From an uncultured Alphaproteobacteria bacterium (GTDB lineage: Bacteria > Pseudomonadota > Alphaproteobacteria > Methylaequorales > Methylaequoraceae), in contig CACBON010000006.1 of NCBI GenBank assembly GCA_902540805.1, positions 6,081-70,080 on the forward strand: 64,000 nt of DNA, written 5' to 3'. Of the stretch, positions 41,360-50,713 are shown one piece after another. Below the pieces are notes generated by a model that was not told where the DNA came from, made no database searches, and saw only the letters and a list, made by a program, of their open reading frames with translations. Position 1 is the first letter of the stretch, and each line of letters starts with the position of its first letter. Made by a program: the position numbers and the translations under genes.

Positions 41360-42218
41360 TTATGTTATCTAAAATTTCTTTTAAACCTAATTTATAGTTT
41401 TCAAATTTAGGTGTCCAACCTAATATTTTTTTTATTTTTTTATTTGATACTCTTTTATTGTCTCTATAAAAATCTTTTGTAATTTTATTAATTTTAGGTG
41501 AATTAATATCCATAAAGTTTAAATTTTCAATTTTTAATAATTTTGCAGCATACATTGTTACTTCCTCTGATGAACAAGGATTATTATCTGTAATATTAAA
41601 AATCTCTCCAGGTGTTGGATTTCCCATACTTTTAATTATAGCAGAAGAAATATCTTCTACATGAATTCTAGAGAAAAATTGATTGGGTTTTTTTATAACA
41701 AGATTATTTCCATTTAATAGTTTTTCAACTGCAGATCTCTCAGGTCCATAGATCCCTGGTAATCTAAAAATGTGAATTGGAATATTATTTTCTCTATATA
41801 ATTTAGAGTAAAAATCTTCTATTTTTTTTCTTATTTTTCCTCTTGTAGTTTTAGGATTAACTTTTGTGTACTCATCCACCCATTTTCCTAAATGGTCTCC
41901 ATAAACGCTTGTTGATGACAAATACCCTACCCATTTCAATTTGTTAAAGTATTTATTTTCAGTCTTTTTAAGTAAATCTAATACCAAGTCTTTTTTTTCA
42001 ATAGGTGGTATAGAATTTAATAAATGTGTTGCTCCAGAAAAAAGAAAATTACGATTTTTTAAGAATTCTGCAAAAGTCATCCTTTTTATTCTTAATCTCT
42101 TATCAAAAGGTTGAGATGATAATTCTAAATTATGTGTGCAAATAATTTCATCAAAACCTTCTAAACTTTTTAAAATGAATTTTGAACAATAACCTGCCCC
42201 AAAAAAAATTAGTTTCAT
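41325..42218 (-). CDS. Extended SDR / NAD-dependent epimerase-dehydratase family protein
   Basis: FGAGY, YLSSTSVYGD, FRLPGIYGP, RIHVED. Confidence 0.88.
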   Translation of the reverse strand: MKLIFFGAGYCSKFILKSLEGFDEIICTHNLELSSQPFDKRLRIKRMTFAEFLKNRNFLFSGATHLLNSIPPIEKKDLVLDLLKKTENKYFNKLKWVGYLSSTSVYGDHLGKWVDEYTKVNPKTTRGKIRKKIEDFYSKLYRENNIPIHIFRLPGIYGPERSAVEKLLNGNNLVIKKPNQFFSRIHVEDISSAIIKSMGNPTPGEIFNITDNNPCSSEEVTMYAAKLLKIENLNFMDINSPKINKITKDFYRDNKRVSNKKIKKILGWTPKFENYKLGLKEILDNINGKDSANNSLS

Positions 42219-42219
42219 T

Positions 42220-43113
42220 TTATATTGTTAGAATCTGATTCTTAATCCAATCGAATGTAGGATGATTGGTAAGTTCTTTATGCCAAACCATTTTTGTCTT
42301 TCGTTTTTCAAGTTCTAGTGGAAGTTCCGTTATTGTAAAATCATAATTTTTGGCCATTCTTTGTGCTGTTCTTGATGGAAGAGTTAAAAGCAAATCTGTT
42401 TTTTTAATTATAACAGGCGCAAGTGTTATAAGATCTATTCTTACAGCGATTTCTCTTTCAAAATTTAGTTGACCCAATTCTCTATCTATGGGATGAGTGG
42501 GAGCGTCCATTGGAGCAACTCTGAGATGCTTTGTTGAAAGATATTGATCTATTGACAGTTTTTTCTCTAGTGCCAATGGATGAGACTTTCTTAATATGCA
42601 AACATATTTTTCCGTAAAAAGGTCTGTGTACCCGAACCTACCACTTATTGTTTCAAAACGACCAACCGCAAAATCAATTTCGTTATTGTCCAGAAGCTTG
42701 AGGGCTTCATTACCTTGCTCTGATCTAATACACAAAGATGAAAAAGGCGAGTTCGTTTCAATAAAATTAACTAAATTTGGAAGTATGATTGGGGCAACAT
42801 CATCAGACATAGAAATTCGATAAAGCTTTTTTGTTGTCTTTGGATCAAAGTTAATAGAGGATAAGGAAAGCTCTAAGTTATTCAACGCAGTTTGAATTGG
42901 AAGAGAAAGGTCATTTGCCCTTTGAGTAGGTCTCATTCCTCTGGGTCCCCTAATAAAAAGATCATCTTTCACAAGATACCTTAATCTATTTAATGCGTTA
43001 CTCATAGCGGGTTGAGTTATTCCCATTTTTTTACTAGCTTTAGTTACGTTTCGCTCTTCAAAAAGTGTTTTAAAAACTAAAAGTAAGTTTAGATCAAAAT
43101 TTTTTATATTCAT
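42220..43113 (-). CDS. LysR-family regulator (NodD/DntR/LeuO-like)
   Basis: DLNLLLVF..L.EERNVTKA....TQPAMSNALNRLR...D.LF.R HTH plus substrate-binding domain. Confidence 0.93.
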   Translation of the reverse strand: MNIKNFDLNLLLVFKTLFEERNVTKASKKMGITQPAMSNALNRLRYLVKDDLFIRGPRGMRPTQRANDLSLPIQTALNNLELSLSSINFDPKTTKKLYRISMSDDVAPIILPNLVNFIETNSPFSSLCIRSEQGNEALKLLDNNEIDFAVGRFETISGRFGYTDLFTEKYVCILRKSHPLALEKKLSIDQYLSTKHLRVAPMDAPTHPIDRELGQLNFEREIAVRIDLITLAPVIIKKTDLLLTLPSRTAQRMAKNYDFTITELPLELEKRKTKMVWHKELTNHPTFDWIKNQILTI

Positions 43114-43122
43114 AAGATGAAT
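43108..43122. promoter_or_regulatory. Putative LysR recognition box (T-N11-A dyad) overlapping the LysR start codon
   Basis: ATTCAT-AAG-ATGAAT perfect 6-bp inverted repeat. Confidence 0.5.
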
Positions 43123-43193
43123 TTTTTTTTTTAAGTATATTTTTATAATAAATCATTTTAATCTTATAATATAGTATTATTATTATATATGAG

Positions 43194-44015
43194 GTGTATT
43201 TAGCTTTGCTTGCTCTAGTTGTATTTTCTCTAATTCAGGGGTTCACAGAATTTCTACCTATTAGCTCTCAGGGACATCTTATCATTTTTAATTCAATTTA
43301 TCCTATTGATTATTATTCGGAAATCAGTGTTCACGAAGCCACAATAATCGCACATTTTGGTTCACTTTTTGCTATAATGACATTCTATCGAAGAGTTATT
43401 TTAGGTCTTTTTTTTTCAATTAAAATGATTGATAGGCCTGACATTGACAAGAACTCTTTTATGCTAGTAAATTTAATAATCTCAACAATTCCGATTATAA
43501 TAGCTGGATTAGTAATTTCTAAAATATTAGATTATGATGGAAATAAAATTTTGAATATCATTGCAATATCAAGTATTTTTTTTGGTATAATTTTATTCAT
43601 AGTAGACAAATTTTGTCTGAGAATTAAAAATCAAAATTCACTGGATTATTTGACTTCATTTCTTATTGGTATTTTTCAATGTGCAGCGCTTGTACCTGGT
43701 GTAAGTAGATCTGGTTCAGTTTTAACAATAATGAGATTCTTTGGATTCCAAAGACAATTTTCAGTAGAATACGCGAATCTTTTAAGTATTCCAGTTATAA
43801 TAGGTGCAATGATTTTTATGATTGCAAATTCAACGTTTAGTGGCTCTTTTAGTACGTTGATTAATTCTCAAACATTCATGATTTTCTTTCTAAGTTTTTT
43901 CTTTTCAATAATTTTTATATATTTTTTTGTAACGTGGGTAAAAAGATTTTCATTATTTATTTTTGTTTTATATAGAGTTAGTTTTGGCTTATGGATCTTA
44001 TTAGTCTTAATTTAA
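43194..44015 (+). CDS. uppP: Undecaprenyl-diphosphatase (BacA)
   Basis: QGFTEFLPISSQGH, FQCAALVPGVSRSG. Confidence 0.93.
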   Translation: MYLALLALVVFSLIQGFTEFLPISSQGHLIIFNSIYPIDYYSEISVHEATIIAHFGSLFAIMTFYRRVILGLFFSIKMIDRPDIDKNSFMLVNLIISTIPIIIAGLVISKILDYDGNKILNIIAISSIFFGIILFIVDKFCLRIKNQNSLDYLTSFLIGIFQCAALVPGVSRSGSVLTIMRFFGFQRQFSVEYANLLSIPVIIGAMIFMIANSTFSGSFSTLINSQTFMIFFLSFFFSIIFIYFFVTWVKRFSLFIFVLYRVSFGLWILLVLI

Positions 44016-44019
44016 ATTC

Positions 44020-44973
44020 CTACAAATAAGTTTCTGCTATTGTCTTCAATGAAGAAGGATTTTTTACAAATTGTTTTAAATTTTCGAATCCTTTTGCTGA
44101 TATATTATCATACTCTAATAACCTTACTTGATCTCGAGTGAGTGGAGGTTTTGGCATTATTTCCATAAAAAACGCTAAGATCTTTGCAAGAAAAAAAGGG
44201 ATCGGCATGTAAAGTCTTTTTCTTTTTTTTGCTTCGAGAATTATATCAAAAATTTCATCAAAGGATTGAATTGTTGGGCCTGAAAGGTCAAAAATTTTTT
44301 TCTTCAGCAGGCATGTATTAACCATAAAAGAAACTAAATCACCAACATAAATAGGTTGAAATTTTACCTTTTTTTTAAAATTCAATATCGGAATCAAACC
44401 TTGTTTTTTTATTTCGGGTGTACCTATAAGAGGAAGGAAAGGACTAAAATTAGACATGCTTATGAAAAAATTTGTAAAACTGTCTCTCTTTCCAAAAACA
44501 ACACTTGGTCTAATTATAACACAATCTGGAAATTTTTCTTTTACCGCTTGCTCACCAGAAAGTTTTGAATTTGAATAAAAAGATGTAACTGATTTTTCAA
44601 TATTTAAAGCAGACAGATGAATGAAATTTCTAACACCATTTTTTTTGGCTGCAGCAGCTATCTCTCTGGGTATGTTTACGTGAACATCAGAGAAAGTATT
44701 TTTCTTTGTTTCAAAGAGAATTCCAATTAAGTTAAAAACTATATCAGCGTTTTGAACTAAATAATCTATTTTACTATCAGAAAATTTCTCTATTTTTTTT
44801 ACACTCACTTGCCCTGGTTCGCAACCTAAAAAAAAATCTAGTTTTTTATTATCACTTCTTGTCACTATATCAACCTGACATGAGTTCTTACATAAAAGAT
44901 TCACCAAATGAGAACCGATGAAACCCTTTCCTCCAAAAACAACTACTTTTTTTCCACTTATTTTTTCATTCAT
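44020..44973 (-). CDS. Complex I NDUFA9-like SDR protein
   Basis: VFGGKGFIG, NLIGILFE, RPSVVFG, FQPIYVGD, LTRDQV. Confidence 0.88.
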   Translation of the reverse strand: MNEKISGKKVVVFGGKGFIGSHLVNLLCKNSCQVDIVTRSDNKKLDFFLGCEPGQVSVKKIEKFSDSKIDYLVQNADIVFNLIGILFETKKNTFSDVHVNIPREIAAAAKKNGVRNFIHLSALNIEKSVTSFYSNSKLSGEQAVKEKFPDCVIIRPSVVFGKRDSFTNFFISMSNFSPFLPLIGTPEIKKQGLIPILNFKKKVKFQPIYVGDLVSFMVNTCLLKKKIFDLSGPTIQSFDEIFDIILEAKKRKRLYMPIPFFLAKILAFFMEIMPKPPLTRDQVRLLEYDNISAKGFENLKQFVKNPSSLKTIAETYL

Positions 44974-45035
44974 TTTTTTTTTACTATTTATCTTATAACT
45001 TTGGTATTAATATCATAATTAAAAAATATCAAACA

Positions 45036-45683
45036 ATGAAAACTTTTAAATTTGGCGAATCAAAAATTTTCTTGCACCAGGACGACCTTCCGGCAAAAAT
45101 AAAAACTCCAAACATTATAGCAATTGATACCGAAACAACAGGTTTAAGTTTAATTAGGGACAGGCTTTGTCTTATACAATTTGCTTTCTCTAAAGAAGAA
45201 TGTCATTTGGTCCAATTTAGTAAAAAAGATTCAAAATTTGACAGTAGACATACAGAAGTTTTAAAAATATTAAATAATCACAAAATTCAGAAAATATTTC
45301 ACTACGCAAGGTTCGACGTTGCAATTTTAAAAAAAACTTTTCAAGCTAATATTGAGAATATATTTTGCACAAAATTAGCCTCAAAACTTGTCAGAACTTA
45401 CACAGACAAACATGGGCTAAAAGAATTATGCAAAGAACTTTTGGGAGTTGATTTAAATAAATCACAACAATCATCAGATTGGTCATCTGAAAAATTATCT
45501 GACAATCAAATTAGATATGCTTCGCATGATGTAATTCATTTATTTGAATTGAAAGATAGACTTGAAAAAATGCTGGGAAGAGAGAAAAGGTTAGATATTG
45601 CAAAATCACTATTTACTTTCCTTCCAACAAGAATAAACCTTGATCTATTAGATTTCACTGATACTGATATTTTTTCGCACTAG
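45036..45683 (+). CDS. rnd: Ribonuclease D-like 3'-5' exonuclease (short form)
   Basis: AIDTET, RDRLCLIQ, FHYARFD, CTKLASKL, QSSDW, YASHDV. Confidence 0.88.
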   Translation: MKTFKFGESKIFLHQDDLPAKIKTPNIIAIDTETTGLSLIRDRLCLIQFAFSKEECHLVQFSKKDSKFDSRHTEVLKILNNHKIQKIFHYARFDVAILKKTFQANIENIFCTKLASKLVRTYTDKHGLKELCKELLGVDLNKSQQSSDWSSEKLSDNQIRYASHDVIHLFELKDRLEKMLGREKRLDIAKSLFTFLPTRINLDLLDFTDTDIFSH

Positions 45684-45693
45684 AATAAAAGAA

Positions 45694-46635
45694 ATGGAAA
45701 TTAAAACGGGAAGACATGTAATTGATATTGAAATTAAAGCTCTCAATTTGCTAAAGAGTTATATTTCAAAGGATTTTGTTAAAGTTGTAAATTTGCTTTT
45801 AAAAAATAAAGGAAAAATTGTTGTCTCAGGTATTGGAAAAAGTGGCCATATTGCTTCAAAAATTGCTTCTACACTCTCTTCAGTCGGTTCACCTTCATTT
45901 TATGTTCATCCATCTGAGGCAAATCACGGAGATCTAGGTATGTTAGAAAAGAAAGATGTAGTGATTTTAATTTCAAACTCAGGAGAAACCTCAGAGTTAA
46001 TTAATTTGATTTTGTACTGCAAGAAAATAAAAATACCAATAATTTCAATAACAAGTGAACCAAACAGTACTCTATCAAGAGAGTCAACTTTAAATCTTCT
46101 CATACCCAAAAATATTGAGGCTTGTCCACTTGAATTGGCGCCAACCAGTTCTACAACTTGCACTCTAGCTCTAGGCGATGCTCTTGCAGTAACCTTATTG
46201 AAGAAAAAAAAATTCACAGAAAGTGATTTTAGGGAGTTACATCCAGGAGGAAAGTTGGGTCAAATGTTGTCTGAAGTGAAAGATGTAATGAAAATTAATC
46301 TTGATATACCATTGATAGTTGAAACAAAAAAAATGAGCTACGCCATCTTAGAAATGACATCGAAAGGAGAGGGTTGTGTAGGAGTTGTATCAAAAAAAAA
46401 TGAACTCATCGGAATCATCACCGACGGAGATATAAGGAGAAATATGAATCCTAAATTACTTGATAAAAATGTTAAAGAAATAATGACAAGAAAACCTAAA
46501 ACCTTATCACCTGACACTCTTATATCAAAAGCATTGAAAATTATGAATGAAGAATCAATTACAAATATTTTTATTACTAAACAAAAAAAACCTATTGGTA
46601 TTATTCATATGCATGACATGTTAAAAGATGGTTAA
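45694..46635 (+). CDS. kdsD: Arabinose-5-phosphate isomerase (KpsF/GutQ)
   Basis: GIGKSGH, HPSEANHGDLG, APTSST, HPGGKLG, CBS pair. Confidence 0.95.
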   Translation: MEIKTGRHVIDIEIKALNLLKSYISKDFVKVVNLLLKNKGKIVVSGIGKSGHIASKIASTLSSVGSPSFYVHPSEANHGDLGMLEKKDVVILISNSGETSELINLILYCKKIKIPIISITSEPNSTLSRESTLNLLIPKNIEACPLELAPTSSTTCTLALGDALAVTLLKKKKFTESDFRELHPGGKLGQMLSEVKDVMKINLDIPLIVETKKMSYAILEMTSKGEGCVGVVSKKNELIGIITDGDIRRNMNPKLLDKNVKEIMTRKPKTLSPDTLISKALKIMNEESITNIFITKQKKPIGIIHMHDMLKDG

Positions 46636-47221
46636 ATTTATGAATTATTCTGTTTTTATAAAAAGCTTAAAATATATTCTTCTTTTTTTCTCAGTATCAA
46701 TCTTAATTCTTGTTTTTTATAACAACAATTATATTGAAAAAGAAAAAGTCATTTTCGACATTTCATATAATGAAAGTGATTTTCAGTCAGCTAGGCAAGT
46801 TTTACGCAAACCCACTTTTATAGGAATTGATAAAAAGAATCAACCCTTCAAAGTAATGGCTAACAAGGCGACGAGACTAAAGAAAGAGCCAAATATTTTC
46901 AATCTTGAAAAACCAACTGGAGAAATAATCAACGGAAAAGAGAAGTTTTTCTTAAGTGGCGATAAAGGGGTATTCCATAAAAATGTCGAACAACTTGAGG
47001 TTAAAGGCAATGTAGAATTTAATAACGGAGATGAAATGACTTTTACAACATCTGAAATGTACTTTGATTTTAAAAAAGAAATCCTTTCAGGAAATAAAAG
47101 AGTAAATGGAAAAAAAAATAATTCAGTTATTGTTTCTGAGGGATTTAAAATTCTTAATAATGGAGAACAAATATTTTTTACTGGAAAAACAAAATTAAAA
47201 TTAATCAATGAAAAAAATTAG
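46628..47221 (+). CDS. lptC: LPS export protein LptC
   Basis: N-terminal TM segment plus beta-jellyroll-like sequence; position between kdsD and lptA. Confidence 0.8.
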   Translation: MVKFMNYSVFIKSLKYILLFFSVSILILVFYNNNYIEKEKVIFDISYNESDFQSARQVLRKPTFIGIDKKNQPFKVMANKATRLKKEPNIFNLEKPTGEIINGKEKFFLSGDKGVFHKNVEQLEVKGNVEFNNGDEMTFTTSEMYFDFKKEILSGNKRVNGKKNNSVIVSEGFKILNNGEQIFFTGKTKLKLINEKN

Positions 47222-48041
47222 TAAAAGTTATTATCTTATGACCATTTTAATCTTCTTAAGCTCGAAGATTTCAGAGTCACAACAACTCACAAATTTTGAC
47301 AATAGTAATGGGCCTATTGAAATTTTCGCTGATGATGGGATTGAATGGCACAAGAATAAAAGTAAATATGTTGCATTAGGTAATGCTAAAGCTCTGAGTG
47401 GAACCCTATCCGTAGAGTCTGATAAAATAGAAGCATTTTACAAAGAAAATGACTCATCTAATATGAATATAACAGAGGTGAGAGCAAAAAAAAATGTTGT
47501 GGTCAAAGACAAAAAAATGAAAATTACTGGTGGAGAATATGCTGAGTATAAAATTCTTAAAGATTATTTTTTTATAAATGGCAAAAATATAATCCTTACC
47601 TCTGAGAAGAATATTTTAAAATCAAATAAAAAACTGGAATATTGGAGATCTAAAAATATCGCCATTGCTACAGGAAAGGCAGAAGCCAAAAAAGACAATG
47701 AATTTGTTGTATTAGCTGACAAGTTAGTCTGGTATCTTCAAGAAAGGAATCAAAAGACCACAGTTAAAAAACTTCTAGGATTTAATAATGTTTCAATTAA
47801 AACTAATAATGAAGTAGCATTTAGTGATAAAGCTATTTATAATAATGTTACAGAGATTTGTAAATTATTTGGAAATGTAAAACTTCAAAGAGGAGAAAGT
47901 TTTTTGATAGGTGAATATGCTGAGGTCGATCTTAGAAGTGGTATAAGTAAGTTATTACCCGCTCCAGGAACCAAATTAAATGAAAATAAAGTAAGAGCAC
48001 TCATTGATAAAGGAGGAGTTGATCCAGATGAGTCAAATTGA
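47208..48041 (+). CDS. lptA: LptA/OstA-family periplasmic LPS transport protein (long form)
   Basis: PIEIFADDGIEW, A.GNA, repeated jellyroll segments, L.GNV...G..AEVDL..G; precedes lptB. Confidence 0.8.
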   Translation: MKKISKSYYLMTILIFLSSKISESQQLTNFDNSNGPIEIFADDGIEWHKNKSKYVALGNAKALSGTLSVESDKIEAFYKENDSSNMNITEVRAKKNVVVKDKKMKITGGEYAEYKILKDYFFINGKNIILTSEKNILKSNKKLEYWRSKNIAIATGKAEAKKDNEFVVLADKLVWYLQERNQKTTVKKLLGFNNVSIKTNNEVAFSDKAIYNNVTEICKLFGNVKLQRGESFLIGEYAEVDLRSGISKLLPAPGTKLNENKVRALIDKGGVDPDESN

Positions 48042-48780
48042 TATCCCATTCATTGCGGTAAATAACAAAGGGCTAGAAGTAAAAAATATTACAAAATCTT
48101 ATGATAAAAAAAGAATTTTGGATAATGTTTCACTTGATCTAAATAGAGGCGAGTCGGTAGCTTTACTAGGTCCAAATGGAGCTGGAAAAACATCATTATT
48201 TTACATTACTATGGGACTAATTAAAGCGGATAGTGGATCCATAAATCTTGACAAAAAAGAAATTTCAGAATTCCCAATGTATAGGCGTTCGAAATTAGGT
48301 TTAGGTTATCTCCCTCAAGAATCATCAATATTTAGGGGAATGAATGTGGAAGAAAATATTCTTTCGATATTAGAAAAAACTGAGAAATCAGTAGAAGCAA
48401 AACAAAAAAGACTTGAAGACTTGTTGGCGGAATTTGGAATCGAACACCTCAGATATGCACCATCTTTATCTTTATCTGGAGGTGAAAGACGAAGATTAGA
48501 AATTGCTAGGTGTTTAGCATCAAACCCTAACTTTATTCTATTGGACGAACCACTTGCTGGAATTGATCCAATAGCAATACAAGATGTAAAAAAATTAATT
48601 CAAAATCTGAAAAACAGAAACATAGGTGTTTTGATGACTGATCACAATGTGAAAAGCACTCTTGAAATTGTGGATAGGGCTTACATTATTTTTGAGGGTA
48701 AAGTCCTTTTCAAAGGTAAGCCTGATGAAATAATTAAAAATAAAAATGTAAGAACATTCTATCTGGGCAATGATTTTTGA
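48028..48780 (+). CDS. lptB: LPS export ATPase LptB
   Basis: GPNGAGKT, YLPQESSIFR, LSGGERRRLEIAR, TDHNV, YLG..F; AGGAGG upstream of ATG 48028. Confidence 0.96.
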   Translation: MSQIDIPFIAVNNKGLEVKNITKSYDKKRILDNVSLDLNRGESVALLGPNGAGKTSLFYITMGLIKADSGSINLDKKEISEFPMYRRSKLGLGYLPQESSIFRGMNVEENILSILEKTEKSVEAKQKRLEDLLAEFGIEHLRYAPSLSLSGGERRRLEIARCLASNPNFILLDEPLAGIDPIAIQDVKKLIQNLKNRNIGVLMTDHNVKSTLEIVDRAYIIFEGKVLFKGKPDEIIKNKNVRTFYLGNDF

Positions 48781-49355
48781 TTGACTCAAATAAAATATCT
48801 GTTTCGGGAAAGCAAACAAAAGTAGGTAAGTCTTTAACCCAATATGTCAAAGACTCTTTAGTACAAACACTTAAAAAATATTTTGATAATTTCATAAGTG
48901 GAAATATTCTATTTTCTAAAGACACTTTTAACTTTAGATGTGAAATTAATATTCACATTGATAGTGCTATATTTATTCAGGGTAATGCTGAAAGCAATGA
49001 CGCTTATGGCGCATTTAATGTTGCAAACGAAAAAATAAAAAAAAGACTCAGGAGGTATCACAGAAAACTTACTGATCATAGATTGAAGAATAGAAAACCT
49101 CTAAAATATCTTAAAGCAAACCAATATATTATTGAAAATCCTGAACTAAAAAAAATGAAAGATAGTCAGTATGATCCAGTTATAGTTGCTGAATCAGAAG
49201 ATATTATAAAAACTGTCTCTGTAAGTGAGGCAATGATGCTGATGAATTTAAAAGATCAAAATGCTATTTTTTTTAAAAATGTCCAATCAAAAAGACTTAA
49301 TATACTTTATAGAAGATCAGATGGAAATATAGGCTGGGTGGATCCTAAAAAATGA
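48777..49355 (+). CDS. hpf: Ribosome hibernation factor (long HPF/RaiA)
   Basis: DAYGAF....KI..RLRRY..KL and C-terminal SVSEA....LYRRSDGNIGW. Confidence 0.9.
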   Translation: MIDSNKISVSGKQTKVGKSLTQYVKDSLVQTLKKYFDNFISGNILFSKDTFNFRCEINIHIDSAIFIQGNAESNDAYGAFNVANEKIKKRLRRYHRKLTDHRLKNRKPLKYLKANQYIIENPELKKMKDSQYDPVIVAESEDIIKTVSVSEAMMLMNLKDQNAIFFKNVQSKRLNILYRRSDGNIGWVDPKK

Positions 49356-49807
49356 AATTAATTGAATTTATTGCTCTTGATTCGATCCTTGTTGATGTTG
49401 ATGTTGATAGTAAAAAAAATCTTTTCAAACTTGTATCCAACGTCTTCGCTAAAAATGATTTCGAAGAAAGTTCAAAGATTATTGAGAAATTAAATGAAAG
49501 AGAAAGGTTAGGTTCAACTGGTGTGGGTAACGGAATCGCAATTCCTCATTCAAAAATAAGTCTCATTAATAAAACAAAGGTATTATTTTTAAAATTAAAA
49601 TCTGCTATTGATTTTTCTGCACCAGACAAAAAAGATGTGGACTTAGTTTTTGTAATACTTGCACCAAAAAATTGTCAATCTGAACATTTACTTGTTTTGT
49701 CGTCAATCTCTAGTTTTGTAAAAAACAAAAATTTTGTTCAAAAACTAAGAAAATTAGAGAAATCAAAAGAGATTTATAAGTTTTTTGGAAAACCTAATGA
49801 AGATTGA
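49352..49807 (+). CDS. ptsN: PTS nitrogen regulatory EIIA
   Basis: RERLGSTGVGNGIAIPH, D.VDLVF, HL..LS. Confidence 0.93.
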   Translation: MKLIEFIALDSILVDVDVDSKKNLFKLVSNVFAKNDFEESSKIIEKLNERERLGSTGVGNGIAIPHSKISLINKTKVLFLKLKSAIDFSAPDKKDVDLVFVILAPKNCQSEHLLVLSSISSFVKNKNFVQKLRKLEKSKEIYKFFGKPNED

Positions 49808-50012
49808 TGTGTTCGAGACCAGATTGAAGAATTGCAGCTATAGCTGACTCCTTGCTATCGAAAGCTGCCAGAAGAGTTCCATCAGCACAATAAACTGAAA
49901 AAACGTCCGTAGTAAAATTTTCCTCTTTGTGAATCTCTTTTTTTACAAATGCAAGGGAAGCGTTTCCGTATTCAAGAAAGTCGAAGCTCGTTGAGTTGCT
50001 ACCTTTAGACAT
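49794..50012 (-). CDS. DUF1150-family protein
   Basis: LAFVK....FSVYCADGT.LA....ESA.......LH; usual partner downstream of ibpA in alphaproteobacteria. Confidence 0.75.
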   Translation of the reverse strand: MSKGSNSTSFDFLEYGNASLAFVKKEIHKEENFTTDVFSVYCADGTLLAAFDSKESAIAAILQSGLEHINLH

Positions 50013-50472
50013 TTTCATCTTCACCTCCAAAACTGATTAACTTATCTTTAATCTTATTATTTTTATCTTTAATTTCAATCTTTTTTGATTCTTCATTACT
50101 AATTGGTTGAGACAAGTCAATAAATAGCAATCCATTGTCCATTGAAGCTTCTTCAACTTCTATGCCATCAGCTAAAATAAAATTTCTTTGAAACTGTCTG
50201 GTTGCAATTCCTCGGTGGATATAAATTTTATCAGAGTCATTATCTTCTCTACTTCCCCTAATTTGAAGTTGATTTCCTTCTAAACTTATGTCTAAGTCTT
50301 TTTTATTAAAACCAGCAACGGCTATTATGATCCTAATACTATTTGGAGATGTTTGTTCAATATTATAGGGTGGGTAAGAATCACTTGAAAGTTTTGAAAT
50401 TCTGTCAACAGTTCTTTCAAATTGGTCAAATCCCAATAAAAAAGGGCTATTAAACACTGACATTCTATTCAT
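50005..50472 (-). CDS. ibpA: Small heat-shock protein Hsp20
   Basis: YPPYNI, AVAGF, HRGIATRQFQR, NGLLFIDL. Confidence 0.95.
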   Translation of the reverse strand: MNRMSVFNSPFLLGFDQFERTVDRISKLSSDSYPPYNIEQTSPNSIRIIIAVAGFNKKDLDISLEGNQLQIRGSREDNDSDKIYIHRGIATRQFQRNFILADGIEVEEASMDNGLLFIDLSQPISNEESKKIEIKDKNNKIKDKLISFGGEDENV

Positions 50473-50518
50473 AAATCCTCTATTCGAGCAACAAACACGA
50501 ACCTTTAAAAGCGTTCAA
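50470..50518 (-). promoter_or_regulatory. ROSE-like RNA thermometer in the ibpA 5' UTR
   Basis: Minus strand GAACGCUUUUAAAGGUUC hairpin, then UUGCUC-GAAUA-GAGGA-UUU-AUG, where the U(U/C)GCU motif pairs with the SD leaving a bulged G. Confidence 0.7.
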
Positions 50519-50589
50519 ATAATAATTACAATAAATTATTATATAAATCAATTTAATATTCCAAGATATTAAAATATAAATAAATTTTG

Positions 50590-50662
50590 TGGAGCTGGAC
50601 GGGATCGAACCGACGACCTTCTGAATGCCATCCAGACGCTCTCCCAACTGAGCTACAGCCCC
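50590..50662 (-). tRNA. tRNA-Ala(GGC), CCA not encoded
   Basis: GGGGCTGTAGCTCAGTTGGGAGAGC..TCTGG-ATGGCAT-TCAGA..GGTTCGATCC..CAGCTCC-A; G3.U70 pair. Confidence 0.96.
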
Positions 50663-50713
50663 AAAAATATTTTCGTGTATAACTTTAAAAAGTAATAATT
50701 TTCAACAGAATAA

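Noticed and set aside
30747-50592. Similar AAATATAAA..TTTTGTGG flanks at the 3' ends of tRNA-Ser and tRNA-Ala as possible att sites
   Set aside because: Short, low-complexity and partly explained by the tRNA ends themselves; expected by chance at this AT content
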